From the NCBI RefSeq assembly GCF_018977255.1, contig NW_024704742.1, forward strand, positions 45,076,001-45,140,000: DNA of 64,000 nucleotides. The letters run 5' to 3'. Position 1 is the first letter of the stretch. Each line of letters starts with the position of its first letter. Shown in pieces: positions 51,561 to 64,000 of the stretch. The notes under the pieces were generated by a model. That model saw only the letters and a list, made by a program, of their open reading frames with translations, was not told where the DNA came from and made no database searches. This DNA is from Callorhinchus milii. Lineage: Eukaryota. The translations under genes and the position numbers were made by a program.

Positions 51561-53222
51561 TCCTGCAGATTTAAACTTAAATTGAAAGTTGGCTCCTGTA
51601 TCAGGCAGATAATTAACTTGAATGTTACACCTCTTGGCGCATGATTTTACAGGGCAGCCCTCACCATAAACCTCAGGGATTTAATTCACTTCAAATCATT
51701 CAACCCAAACTTTGTGCATTCACGAGCATTCTATGAAGTGAATAAAGGCTTTCACCGCACACCCCTTCATTAACTGTTTATGAATCCTGCGTCTTTAATC
51801 TTTTGATTATGCTTTTTTCCATTTCTAATATCCTAGATATCATAAATATTACTCCTTGTAATAGGAAGAGAATAAGAAAAACATTGATAATTCATTTATA
51901 ATCTATAAGATAATATAGCATATATAATAAATATAATAAACTGAAAAAAGTCTTCATTTATAAAATTCTTCAGAACAAGAGTAGGAGAAATAAAGTGGAT
52001 GTGACAATCTGGTCCTGCAGATGTCCTGGTAATAACTGTTGAGGTTGAACACCTCTTCTCCACCAACCTTGTTAAAACGTTTTTGCCGAAAGCGAAAGTT
52101 CTGCAGTAATTGCAGTCATTTGTGGTTTTGATACATCCGTCATGGAGATCCTAGAATTTTAGTGCTTGTTCAGGGAATATTTAGCTTATGTCAACTTGAA
52201 TAGTGTCATGGGAACTTAAAGGTGCTCAAGTATTCCTTGCCCATTCACAATTGATGAACTCCAGCCTTGTGAATGGTAAATTTATGGTTTCCATTGCTGG
52301 CATCAATCTTTTTTTAGGAGGATGTTCAGTTTTTATTTCAATTGCCAGGCACTCTACAATCTAGTCTAAACTCAAAAGCCAGCTCCTCTGCTACTGGGTG
52401 TACGGTGCAGGACTTTTGCTACTTTTAGGTCTGTCTCTATTTGTAATGTTGTTTTGAAGTAAATAGAAGCACTGTAAATATTTTTCTGTAAAGAATAATG
52501 TTGCTATATAGGTACAATTTGTGCTGAATTTGCTATATACCTCAATTTATGCCTCAATTAGGAGAATTTGAGTTATGATCCTTTGACCTTCAAAAAAAAG
52601 CTTGGTCCACAGATACACAGGACAAATAATATATTACACCTATGATACTGTATTAAATTTATAAAGGCATAATGCTTCTGTGTGATAGTATGGCTGAGAT
52701 CAGTTTAAGAACAGCAAAGGATACAAGATGAAGAGCATTAGACAAAGGCCTAATTTGTAATATTTGCAAACCAGGTTCATTAACCATGTTAAAGCGTAAT
52801 CAGTTTGGGACTTCAATTTAGCAATATTTGTGGTGAAATTCAAGCAGGCAAATTGGAATCCCCATGATGGCTGCATGCAAAATATATATATATCTTATTA
52901 TGTATTATATATATAGGGAAATGGACATTCATTCTCATTGATCAACCAGCCTTTTTCAGTTTGTAAATTTGGGATAATCTTCAGGCAATGAATTTGTCGG
53001 AAATTTCTCAAACTAGAACACACAAGCCAAAAGTTTAAATTAACACAATAACCATAATAAATCTGGTATCACCAATTGGATGCTGCTGCCTACTTATATT
53101 ATAATTATTGCTTGTGTTTTGAGCGGTTTAAACAATTCATTTTTGGGGGGTTATTTTTAGCAATTTTTGAGTTCTATAAAATCAGGGTTTTGGGGGCTTT
53201 TACTTAGCCTCAGGCATGCCCA

Positions 53223-53575
53223 GTGCATGCACTATGCGAAAAGAGAATGGAGTCTCTCTTAGTGTCCTGGCCAACAATCCACCAAACTGGTCATTTACGT
53301 AACGGACATTTGTGGGACATTGCTGTATGCAAATTGTCTGCCGTGTTTCCCTATAAGAATGCACACACTACACTTCCCCAAACAATTCCCCATCTAACAA
53401 CAATTCCCCAAATAAAATTCACTCCATAGGACATTGCTGTTTGCAAATTGGCTCCCATGTTTACTCACAAATTACACACAATCACAGCATTTTACAGCAT
53501 ATCCTTGAAGTGCTTTGAGATGTTTCGACAATGCAATAAGGAGTTATATCAAAAGTAAGGATTATTATTATTATT
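53223..53575 (+). mobile_element. Partial SINE 3' region with internal duplication
   Basis: The GGACATTGCTGT.TGCAAATTG block occurs twice before the TTA tail. Confidence 0.7.
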
Positions 53576-55324
53576 AAACAGTTCAAGAAGTTCTAGCTAA
53601 GTGACTATATTTATGTGGTACATCAGCTGTAGATATTTAAATAATTCCCCAAAGCTGTGCTAGACATATTTCAAAGATTGGCTATATGCTGCAATTTCTT
53701 GTATTGGTCAATGATGAACTGTACTGCACCTGTTATTTATGAACAATGAGTGGATATTGCAAAATAAATACATTTTGCAGAAACAAAGTTCAATCCCATG
53801 CTACTAATAACTTGCTCCTAGCTGAACAGTTTTACACAACCACTCAGCTTTTATTAATCAAATATAATGCATTGCTTCAGTTGGTTTGGATTCAGCTCTT
53901 ATAATTGGCTCAATTAGTCCTCTTAGCCGACCTGCGAAAATTATCAAATGCTGCATTAAATTACATTACATTGCATCAGCAAATGGAACTTGGCATTAAC
54001 AATATATAGAAATGTTTTTATGCCAAGTCTACGATTTTCATCATAAAATGTATCAACACTTGAAAAACAGCCCTCAGAATCACTTTATTTATCACAAAAA
54101 GATACCTCCAAGGCAAACAGTAAATAAAGAAAAAAATGGGCAAAAGAACAAAACAGAATTTAGCAGACAATCTGTCATGTAACATTATAGACAAATTGTA
54201 TCAACAAGAGACATCAGTTAGGACCAAACTCCATTCAAAGCCTGATAAACATGCAATGCTTAACAGTTTTGCTCAATCATTTGGATGAGGGAGTTAATAG
54301 GACAATTCAGTTGAAAGTGTGGGAAACATAATATAAAAGTCAAATAGTAAAGGGACATAAAGTAAAGGATGATACCATCAGTAAGCAACTAAAACATAAA
54401 TAAAGGTATACATAGGGAATATTCGAGTGCCACAGGAATATAATACCAAACACCTACAAGGTAGTGTTCAATGGAAATTTGAAGATAAGAGTCAAAATAT
54501 ACATTTGCAAATCTGCTTGGGCAATTTGCAGAATTGCTTTACTAAAATATTTTATTAAGTGAAATGGACCTCAGCAAAACTGAATAACTTTACAGATTTA
54601 AATTTAACTCCTCTTTTGCCCTACACCACTGCTGATTGTAGTGTTCTGAGATTCTACCCTGGGTGAAGGGCATTATGTAATGCAAGTTGCTGTTGTTGTT
54701 GTTGGTAGGAAAAGAGCAGTACACTAAGGAGAAATGGTTGTATTCATGGTGTTAAAGGGCCATTCACGTATTTTTGTGTTCTGAGAAAAAATGTGACATG
54801 TGATATGAGAATTATCAACATTGCCAACCATCGCAGTCTTTATTTATTCACTTACTTGGATGTGACACCCTATTACCCACTATATTGGTTTGTCATCAAA
54901 CCAGCCAAAGGTTCTATGCACCTTGTGATTGCCTGCAGTATACAATAACAACATCTTGTATGCAGAAAAAACAAAGATGGTAGTCAGAGGTATTGTGATA
55001 ATTTTAAATGCTCCGAGATGCTAATCCGCATGAAGAGTGCTATATAAATGCATTAGAGAAGCGAGTTTCTTTTGGAACTCTCTCTCTCTGCCATTCCATC
55101 TCATCCCTTTCTTTCTGTCTTTAAGTCCTGCCTCAAATCCTATAATTTCTTAACACATCTATGACCATCTCTTCCTTCTCCCTTGCTCAATGCCCAACCC
55201 TGTCCCTATAAAGCACTACTACCCCTGAATAAATACTGTTGTGTTTGGGGGTCTCAATTTTCAGTGATTTTTAACACTAATGTTTCTTATTGATTGGCAA
55301 ATGGAAATAAAATGGTAATTGTAT

Positions 55325-55750
55325 ATGACAGCCTGACTCAGTTGGTAACTCTCTTGCCTCTGAGCCAGAAGGTTGTGGGTTCAGTCTTTTTGGTGACTTG
55401 GAACTCATATCGTCTAAACTGACATTCCAATACAGTACTGGGAATGTGCTGCATCGTCGGAGGTGCTATCTTTTGGATGAGACATTAAACCAAGAACCCA
55501 TCTGCCTGTTCAGGTGAACGTTAAAAATCCCATGGCACTATTCAAAAAGAGTAGGGAGTTTCTCCTGGTACTCAGGCCCACAATCCCCCGAATATAATTG
55601 GTCAGTAACATGGCCGTTTGTGGGCCATTGCTGTTCGCAAATAGGCTGCAGCATTTATCAACAAATATCCAGTGACTGCACTTTAAAATATAACCCTGAA
55701 GTGCTTTAAGACATCCTCCTGATATGAAAGGTGCTATAACAAATGTTAGC
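55325..55750 (+). mobile_element. Family B SINE
   Basis: Well-preserved head (CTCAGTTGGTAACTCTCTTGCCTCTGAGCCAGAAGGTTGTGGGTTCA) and body. Confidence 0.85.
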
Positions 55751-56024
55751 TTAAAAATACATGAATAATGGGAAAGAACTACCATTACACTAATGCTAAT
55801 GAGCAGAAGATATCCAGAAAATCTTTTGATATCGAGTTGCTATCAGTTCTGAATACCTCTAATGGGTGTCATTTGTCCCAACTCATCATGATTGTACAAG
55901 GTTTGAAACATTAGCACTGCTGATACTGGGAGAGATAAAATGTTTTGTTGTCTGCAGCTAAATTACACAGCAGTCCAAGTATTTTCCTTAAGGTATAAAC
56001 ACAAGATGGAAGTGATGATAATAA

Positions 56025-56366
56025 TGCTAATAATGCTTACATTTGATATATCACCTTTCACATTAGGAGGATGTCTTTAAGTGCCTCACAGAATATACTA
56101 TAAATTGGAATTACTTATATTTTGTGGGCAAACATTGCAGCCAATTTGTGCACAGCAATGTCCCTCAAATAGCCATGAACCAATATTATTTGGACATTTT
56201 TGACCAGGACACTGGGAGATACTCCCTTCGCTCTTCAAATAATACCATGGCTTCTTTGATATTCACCTGAACAGGCAGACAGGACATCAGTGAAATCTTT
56301 TAACCAAAAGGACAGCACCTCCAACAATGCAGAATACTCCCCCAATACTTTATTGGAGTATCAGCA
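56025..56366 (-). mobile_element. Family B SINE, 5'-truncated
   Basis: Reverse complement matches body and tail. Confidence 0.8.
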
Positions 56367-56926
56367 TAATAATAAGACAATAGTTTAGAAAATATGAGTT
56401 CCATGTCTCAGTATAATAACTTTGAAATAGGCATACACTAAGCAAATCATAAGTAGATCATAAATATTTAATATTGCATTTAATGGACCAGGTAGATTGT
56501 AAAGATTAATACTTCAAATAATGTAATATTTTAATATTTCATGTTTTGCAGAGTTAATTGCTTGAAAAGGGAAATCTCAGTGGACAAGGTATTAAATGTA
56601 ATACTTTAGTTTAAGATATGAAAGGTTTTGATAAGGTACATGTGGAAAGGCTGTTTCCACTTGTTGGTGAGTCGAAAACGAGGGTGGATAAATATTGCTG
56701 GATGCTCATCAGGCAATAAGGACTAATTGACCAATGGAAGGAGATTAGGAGGCAGAACAGCAGGAAGCAGGGAGAACTGAGTAGAGGGTTTGGGGATTTT
56801 GTTACTGATGAGTTGAAATAAACGAGTACTCTACACATAGTTTGTTGAGAGATAACAAATATAAGATAGGAAGCAGTAGATCTAAAAGAGAGGTTAATAG
56901 GAATGTCTTCACACAGAGGATGGTGA

Positions 56927-57998
56927 AGAGCCCCAGGGCTCAGTCCTTGGCCCTCTCCTCTTTAATATCTACATGCTCCCCCTTGGTGACATCATCCACA
57001 GACATGGGGTCAACTTACACATGTATGTGGATGACACCCAACTCTATCTTTCTGCCTCCACCCTCAACTCCAGGACCACTGCTGTCCTGACAGACTGTCT
57101 GTCGGACATCAAGTCCTGGATGAGGGCAAATTTTCTACAGTTGAATGTGGACAAAACTGAGACCCTCCTGATTGGCTCACGCCAGCGCCTCAGCACCTCA
57201 GGCTCTGGCAGCATCAACCTCCATGGTTGCTCACTACAACTCACCAAGCCAGTCAGGAACCTGGGTGTCTTATTCGACCCTCAACTGTCTTTTCTTCCCC
57301 ACATCTAAGCCATGACCCGCTCTGCCTCCACTCACCTCCGTAATATCGCCCGACTCTGCCACTACCTCACCCCTCAGGCCGCTGAACCTCTTGTTCATGC
57401 CTTCATCACCTCCAGGCTTGACTATGCAAATGCTCTACTTGTCGGTCTTCCCAACTTCTCCCTCCACAGGTTACAGATAATCCAGAACTCTGCAGCCCGT
57501 GTCCTCTCCTGCACCAAACTCCATGACCCCATCTCCCCCATTCTCGCCCAACTCCATTGGCTCTCTATCCTTCAGAGGATCCAGTTCAAGATCCTGGTCC
57601 TCACCTACAAAGCCTTCCATGGCCTCACCCCACCCTACCTCTACAACCTCCTAAACCCTACCAACCCGCCCGCTCCCTCCGCTCAGCCGGCTCTGGCCTG
57701 CTCCACGTCCCCCAACCCACCCGCCCCACCATTGGCGGGAGAGCCTTCAGCCACTCTGCCCCCAACCTCTGGAATTCCATCCCCCAATCACTCCGCCTCG
57801 CCTCCTCCTTAGCCTCCTTCAAGTCCCACATCAAAACCCTCCTCTTCGACCGTGCCATCCATCACCCACATCCCTTCCCCTCCCTTCTCCCCCCCCCCGA
57901 CCCCAGCTCGGGTCTAAAATGCTGTACACTGTCCAGCTTGGATGTCCTCCCGACGTGAAATGGGCTATACCAATGTAAGCTTGTTCTTGTTGTTGTTG
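56927..57998 (+). mobile_element. L2 LINE 3' fragment
   Basis: [37 protein letters not shown] and LHWL motifs; (GTT)n tail. Confidence 0.95.
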
Positions 57999-60732
57999 AG
58001 AATATTGAACTCACTGCAGGAAGCTGCGGTTCAAGCAAAAAATATCAATATATTTAAATGGAAACTTGATGCAGATGCCGCCTCCTATGCACTGCTATCC
58101 AACATTTATTTCCACCAATTAACTGTGACTGTTGCAAGGGAATTTGCTAAAAATGTGGCTTAAATTAATATATTTTAAATATTTTAGTCATAAAACTAAG
58201 TAATAATCCATACATTTGAAATAGTGCCTTGTCATGTCATTGGAATGTTTCAAATCACTTCACAAGATTTCCTGTAAATGCAGTAAACATACATGTAGCC
58301 AATCTGCACACAACAATATCCACAACAGCCATGAAGTGATCAGATTCCATATAGCAACTAACATTAAAGGAAAAAAGTGAATAACTTTGGCACAACATAA
58401 TAATAGGGGATGGCAAAATACATATTACCAGAGAAAGGCATTAAACTGTTTTTAAATAATTCTTGAAAGAAACTGGTATCCAAACAAAAAATTCAAGCCT
58501 TAAAGTGTTTCTGGAGAAGATTGAGCAATAATGATGGGAAGATAATAGTAAGGGATTGAAATGAATTAAAACAAAGCAGGCATATTAGGCCACATGGTGC
58601 TAACATTTTCTATGTTCCTGCATTGTAAATCTATCTGGAACAGTTTTGGGGTAAAACTAAATATTATTGGAAGCAAGATATCTTTCTTCCACATTTCAAG
58701 GAGGAGGTGCTCAATATAAACATAAACTACTTGTGAATAGGGTGAACTACAGGGGAACTTGAACACGCACAACAGTGCATGAACTTGTGCCAGCAAACAA
58801 TGCTTCAAACTGTAGTGTCAATTCATGGTTGTAAATCACTGATATTTAAGGTCAAATTGATATATGTTTTTTCACCTATTGAAGAAAGGTACACTCTAAT
58901 GTCTCTCCTGATCAAGACAGATTTTTATATTTTGTTCTTTATTTTGTTCTTTATCTGTTTACGAATGTATACCAATGTGTATTTTTCCTTGTAGAAAGCA
59001 AATGTTATTGAGCAGCTTTTATATCCATTACATGTGAAAACAGTTCAGTTTAGATGAATAGAACCCAGTACAAAATAAAGAATAATAACAGCCAAATACA
59101 TAAGAAAAATGAATGAACTGAGAAATAAAAAGCAAATGAATAAGAGATAAAAAAAAATGAGCAAGGAGGCAGAGAAAATGAAATTCATAAGAGAGATTGG
59201 GATAAAGACGTCCATTTGATCTCACCTTTTCAGAAGCCCAACTATCTCCCCATAATATCAAGCTGCTTCTTAAATGCGTCTAGCTGCCTTCACCATTCCA
59301 AGAAATATTTACATTGGAGAAGAAATGAGAAGAAGTGACTTAATTAATATTTTTGTTGTGTTAAACATCCCTGGATCTGAAAAAGAAAAAGAGAGAGAAA
59401 GAGAAAAAAAGATTTGCATATCAACAACAAATTATATTTGTATGGTGCCTTTCACATCGGGAGGACGTCTCAAGTCACTGGACAGCCAGAGTTTCAGAAA
59501 CATACAGTATTTATAAAATATGTATTTTATAAGTAATGTATTTTTCCTGCTTAGAGAATGAGAAGGAAACTCATATGAACTAGATTAATTATGAATTGCC
59601 TTTAATCACACTTGTTTAATTCATAATTGCCCTTTTTCCTCTAACCCAGTAAAGATGGGTGAGATACATAAAAGAGCTACTTGTTGCAGGCTGCGTTGGA
59701 TTTTTCACAGGGAGAGATGTTACAGTTTAGTTTAAACTCAGATTCTCATGGTTTATGCACATGTGCCATTTTTAATGGGTAAGAGCTTGTATGTACTTAG
59801 TGGTATTTTGAGTTTCAAAGAACATTGAAAGCCTCAAAGCTTATATAGTGTGCTCTATAGAACCTAGATATGTATGAACATCAAAGCAATACCACAAGTT
59901 TTCAAAGCTCATCTTTTGATTCCATGTTATACATAGGACTCTAAAACACTTTCCTTGCTATCATGTAACAGCTGGAGCCCACACAATGCTGAGAAACTGT
60001 TCTGTGGTTTTCAGTGGAAATCATGCAGCTAAACGAGAATGAGATTAACCTTCTTGTGCTATGATTTTAACTCTGGATTTACACTGCTATAAATGTAAAT
60101 TTGCTTCAAAAATTGAACTATAACAAGAGCATAAAGAATTTATGAAAGAATTAAGATTATCTGCATCAAATTTGCATTGGTGGTAAATATGCTACAGAGA
60201 AAGGAGATTACAGGAATGACACTACATTTTGTTAATGAGGATGCACATGAGGTGCCTGAAGGATTGTTATATGTCTCTGAGTTAATAAAACAGTAATGTA
60301 TTTTGATGTAATGTTATCCATAATGTAGGCTGATTTAGTTCCTTATTTTATTCCCTTTGATTTAACTCTTTGAGAATTGTAGCACTGGAATTACAAAAAA
60401 AAATTCAATTTAATTATTTTCCTGAGTGAGGTGAATTATTTCTCAGAGTGCTGAATGCAAACTGGCTTCTAGATCACCTACATACACACAGTTTAACAGT
60501 AATTACTGAAAGGCCCTTTGAGACTTTTAATGCTATAGATGCTACACTTTTTATAATTAACTCCATGATGCATACAGTATTTAATATCAGAATCAAGATT
60601 ACAGCCATCAACTTGTCAATATATTGAGGTACATAAGAACATAAAAAGGTCCATCAAGTTTGCCTTCTACCGTCCAAGAAGTTGTGACCCAAATAATATA
60701 CTGTATATAGTCAGAAAATGTTATATATATTT

Positions 60733-61119
60733 GTAGAATCCTGTAGCTTAGTGATAGAGCACTCACCTCGCAAGTGAGAGTACCTGGGTTTGATTCCCAG
60801 GCAGGGCGAAACATTGGGCATGTTTCCTTACTCCGTACACTTCTGTTTACTTAGCAGTAAGTAGCAACCTGGTTGTTAGTCGATTGTTAGATCACTTTTC
60901 TAGGAGTAAAAATCCCTTCAAAAAAATAAAATAAATAATTAACAATGTGGTCATTTAATCCATGACTGTTTGTGGCACGCTGCTTTGTGCAACTGGCTGC
61001 CGCGTTTTGCCCACAAAATATGCAGTGAATTCACTTTACAGTATATTCTGTGAAGTGCTTTGAGATGTCTAGAAGACATGATAAGATGCTATATCGAATG
61101 CAAGGATTATTATTATTAT
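60733..61119 (+). mobile_element. SINE family A, long form with extra internal segment
   Basis: Same head and tail as 81-406, plus about 65 nt (CTGTTTACTTAGCAGTAAGTAG...) after the CORE-like start. Confidence 0.88.
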
Positions 61120-61266
61120 ATGGTTGTATATAGGTACAACATAAGTTGTATTCTAATCATTTAAACTTATATATAAACAATAATATCTGTTAGTATTATT
61201 ATGATATTTATATTTGATAGAGCAACGTACCATGCTGAAACTGTAATATTAATCCATGCATTTGGT

Positions 61267-61584
61267 ATAATAATAATAATTCTTGCATTTGATATAGCGC
61301 TTTTCACGTCTTCCAGACGTTTCAAAGCGCTTCACAGAATATATTCTAAAGTGAATTGACCGTATATTTGTGGGCGAAACATGGCAGCCAATTGCGCACA
61401 GCAGTGTCCCACAAACAGTCATGGATTCAAAATGACCAATTTATTATTGTTTTGTTTTTTGAAGGGATTATTATTAGACGTGTGGAGTAAGGGAACTTGC
61501 CCAAGGTTTCGCCCTGCCTGGAATTGAACCCAGGTCTCTCGTTTGCAAGGCGAGCGCTCTAACCACTGAGCTACAGGACTCCAC
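61267..61584 (-). mobile_element. SINE family A, short form, TGGAA-loop variant
   Basis: Full-length reverse-complement match to 81-406. Confidence 0.92.
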
Positions 61585-61769
61585 TGAGCTACTTCGCAGG
61601 ATATATTGCAAACTCGTGTAACTATTACTTTTGCCAAATGTGGAAATTAGAACTGGCGGTTGGCACTTTTAAATGTTTAAAAAGTGAATTTGGAATTGAT
61701 AAAATAGTCAAAAGGACATCTTTCAGCTTCAAGTTGTGAATTCACAAACCAAGTAATGTAAGTAAAGCC

Positions 61770-62125
61770 CTTATATTTACCAAATAAAGCCCTCCGCGGC
61801 CTTGTTCCTCCCTACCTCTGTGACTTCTTAAACCTCTACCAACTTGTCCATTCCCTTCACTCAGCAAGCTTCGGCCTGCTTCACATCCACCGCCTTCAGC
61901 CTCACCCTCTGAAACTCCATCCCACAGTCCCCTCACCCCGTTCAAGACCTGTCTCAAGACCCTCCTCTTCGAACCGTACTTTTGGTCACCCTCCTCCCCC
62001 TATCCCCCACCTCGCTGTCCTCCACCCCACCTGATCCAACCAGCTCAGGTGTGGATCCCTGATTGTTCAGCGCCTTGGGACGTCCTCCTGACGTGAAAAC
62101 CTATACTAATATCATTTGTTGTTGT
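61770..62125 (+). mobile_element. L2 3' fragment
   Basis: TTCAAGACCTGTCTCAAGACC..., GCGCCTTGGGACGTCCTCCTGACGTG stem-loop and GTT tail. Confidence 0.85.
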
Positions 62126-63635
62126 TCTGTAGTGTTCTCCATTTCTACTTTGTAATGACTGCTGCATGAAAGAAACATGTCAGTTTAAAAAGTTGGAAAG
62201 ATTGCCAAGTACTCAAAGGTTCTCATGTTCAGTGTGCTTGAAGTGTTTCAGTTTTGTGAATGCATCAAATTGGCACCCAGTTTTTAAAACGACACAGAGA
62301 ATTTGCGTCATTTTATTTTCAAACACAACACCCAGGTAAATCAAAACCAATTTTGATCATATTACCCCAATTAAAGATTAAATGGATTACACCTGTCAAA
62401 CTTTGGTGTTAATGAGGCGCAAACGCTAGATTAAGAGAATCTGTGCATTGGGCTTCTTGATCTAACATTTATCTTCCTGCTTAGACTTTGCCAAAAATTG
62501 TTGCTATGCTCTGGGTTCCAGCTCACACTTAGTAAATGCTATGTTTTGCAGCTGCTATGCTTTTTTTCATCAGTTTTTGCTGACCATGAATAGGTACTAA
62601 CCCACAGCGCCTTCAATATAATCTGTTTTTGGACATTTGGGTATCTATGGAATAATTATGGAGGAAATACGTCCATGCCTCATTGCACATCTGCTGAGTG
62701 CCATGCTGTAATTTAAATACAGTACAAGAAAAAAGGGAGTATTTCTACCCAAAATAATGCATGGCAAAATGTCAACACAATTGGAAATTAAAGTGAATAT
62801 GTAGGATTACTTTGAATCAAAGCTTCCTTTTGAGTTGAAATTGTTTTTGCCATTGATAAATACAGTATAACATTTTGTTTGTCACCTACTGAATGATAAA
62901 CTTCAATTATGAAATGGATATTTTGAGAGAAATCATAATTTCAAGGAGATAAAAGTGAAAAACATCAGCACTGTTCTTGATGAATGTGAATGTTTGAATT
63001 TCCGATGAGAAGCAAACAGAAAAGCAAATCCCTTTAAGATTAATAGATATTGCCCAATGAGAAAATATGTGATGCATGTTTTGGTACATTGCTAGAAATT
63101 CCTTTCCAATAAGGGAATTAAAAGCATGAGATCTTCTATACATTTTAGTCTAGATTTATTCTATTTTCTTATCATTTCAGAGCAGAGAGTTTGGCAAATT
63201 GTGGAATTCAGTTTTAACTTTGAAGGTGGTTTTCTGTAACTACATTAAATGTTGCAACAAAATGCATTGAAAGAACTTGCAGAAAACTGGCTTCAAAGTC
63301 AAGCTAATATTTAGGATTTTGCCAAATTCTGCATGCTCTAAATACAAAGAAATGCAGCAAATCTAGATCCAGGTGACATTTTTACCTCTAAGTGAGTAAC
63401 TGCAAAATGATAGATTATTTTTGAAACGGGCCACAGAGCTTCACTTTATTTTTGCTGCGATATCCCAGTTTTCCCTCAATTGCTCTGAGATTAGGAGCAA
63501 CGTCATAGCAAGTTTTGTCTTGGCAATGTTTTATCTTGTGATTATTTTCATCGTTCAGAAAATTAAATGAATCATGAAGAAAAGATGGCAGTGCAAATTG
63601 TACAATGACCATTCAATTGAATAATACTCTGTTGG

Positions 63636-63740
63636 AAATAAAAACAAAGAGAGCTGGGAAAACTCAGCAGGTCAGGCAGCATCTATGGAGAAAGGAAAGT
63701 GAGTCAATGTTTCGGGTCCACGACCCTTCGTCGGAACTCC
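63636..63740 (-). mobile_element. Penelope-like (PLE) terminal-repeat remnant carrying a hammerhead motif
   Basis: Plus strand AAAAC..GCTGG.AAA.CTCAGCAGGTCAGGCAGCATCT.TGGAGA is a repeat typical of cartilaginous fish (from recall) and lies next to the ribozyme core. Confidence 0.7.
63701..63739 (-). ncRNA. Degenerate minimal type I hammerhead ribozyme motif
   Basis: Minus strand reads GAGTT CCGACGA A GGGTC-GTG-GACCC GAAA CATT GACTC: stem I, CUGANGA core (U4 to C), perfect stem II, then GAAA. Confidence 0.62.
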
Positions 63741-64000
63741 AATGCTCTGTCAGATCCATGCTGTTTCTTATCCCATACTTTGTTGTGTCTGTCTGTGGAC
63801 GCTATAGCTTCCAAAGAATTATCACCAGTGAATTCAGTTGATGGTTCACTTCCAACATTAGTATTGACACATGTAATCTTAAAAAATTGGTGATGTGATC
63901 TATGCTCTCTTGTGAGCTGTGAGCTTGGTGCTAATATTGATGTCATATATTATGTTATGATTACAGGGGTGAAATTTGTAGCATTTCACAATGCATGCGA

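Noticed and set aside
63181..63225. 45-bp plus-strand exon candidate after ttcttatcatttcag
   Set aside because: Weak donor (GTGGTT) and no recognisable peptide.
1..64000. CRISPR arrays, operons, rRNA, known miRNA or snRNA
   Set aside because: This is eukaryotic repeat-rich DNA. I saw no repeat-spacer array and recognised no known RNA gene by eye; an Rfam/miRBase search was not possible.

Overview
This is AT-rich, repeat-dense vertebrate non-coding DNA (intronic or intergenic). The repeat set (tRNA-headed Deu/CORE-type SINEs, L2 and CR1 LINEs, a Penelope-type remnant) points to a cartilaginous fish, probably a holocephalan such as the elephant shark; that assignment is an inference. I found no intact host coding exon, tRNA or rRNA gene. 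Every ORF in the track that I can recognise as protein-like is broken L2/CR1 ORF2 or read-through of SINE/LINE sequence. Main contents: six full-length copies of a tRNA-Ala-headed SINE (five short form, one long form), many older SacSINE1/Deu-like SINEs, a 3.3 kb decayed L2 ORF2 (endonuclease plus RT), many truncated L2 and CR1 copies, and a fossil PIF/Harbinger transposase that the ORF track missed. I cannot support a wholly new biological system. The best leads are: a degenerate Penelope-type hammerhead ribozyme; a covarying 3' stem-loop shared by the SINEs and two L2 families; a 52-bp inverted templated insertion flanked by a 7-bp duplication; an inverted double-octamer hairpin; a TATA-plus-CpG candidate promoter; and a few ATG-proximal splice donors that could be alternative first exons. 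Boundaries of old repeats are approximate.
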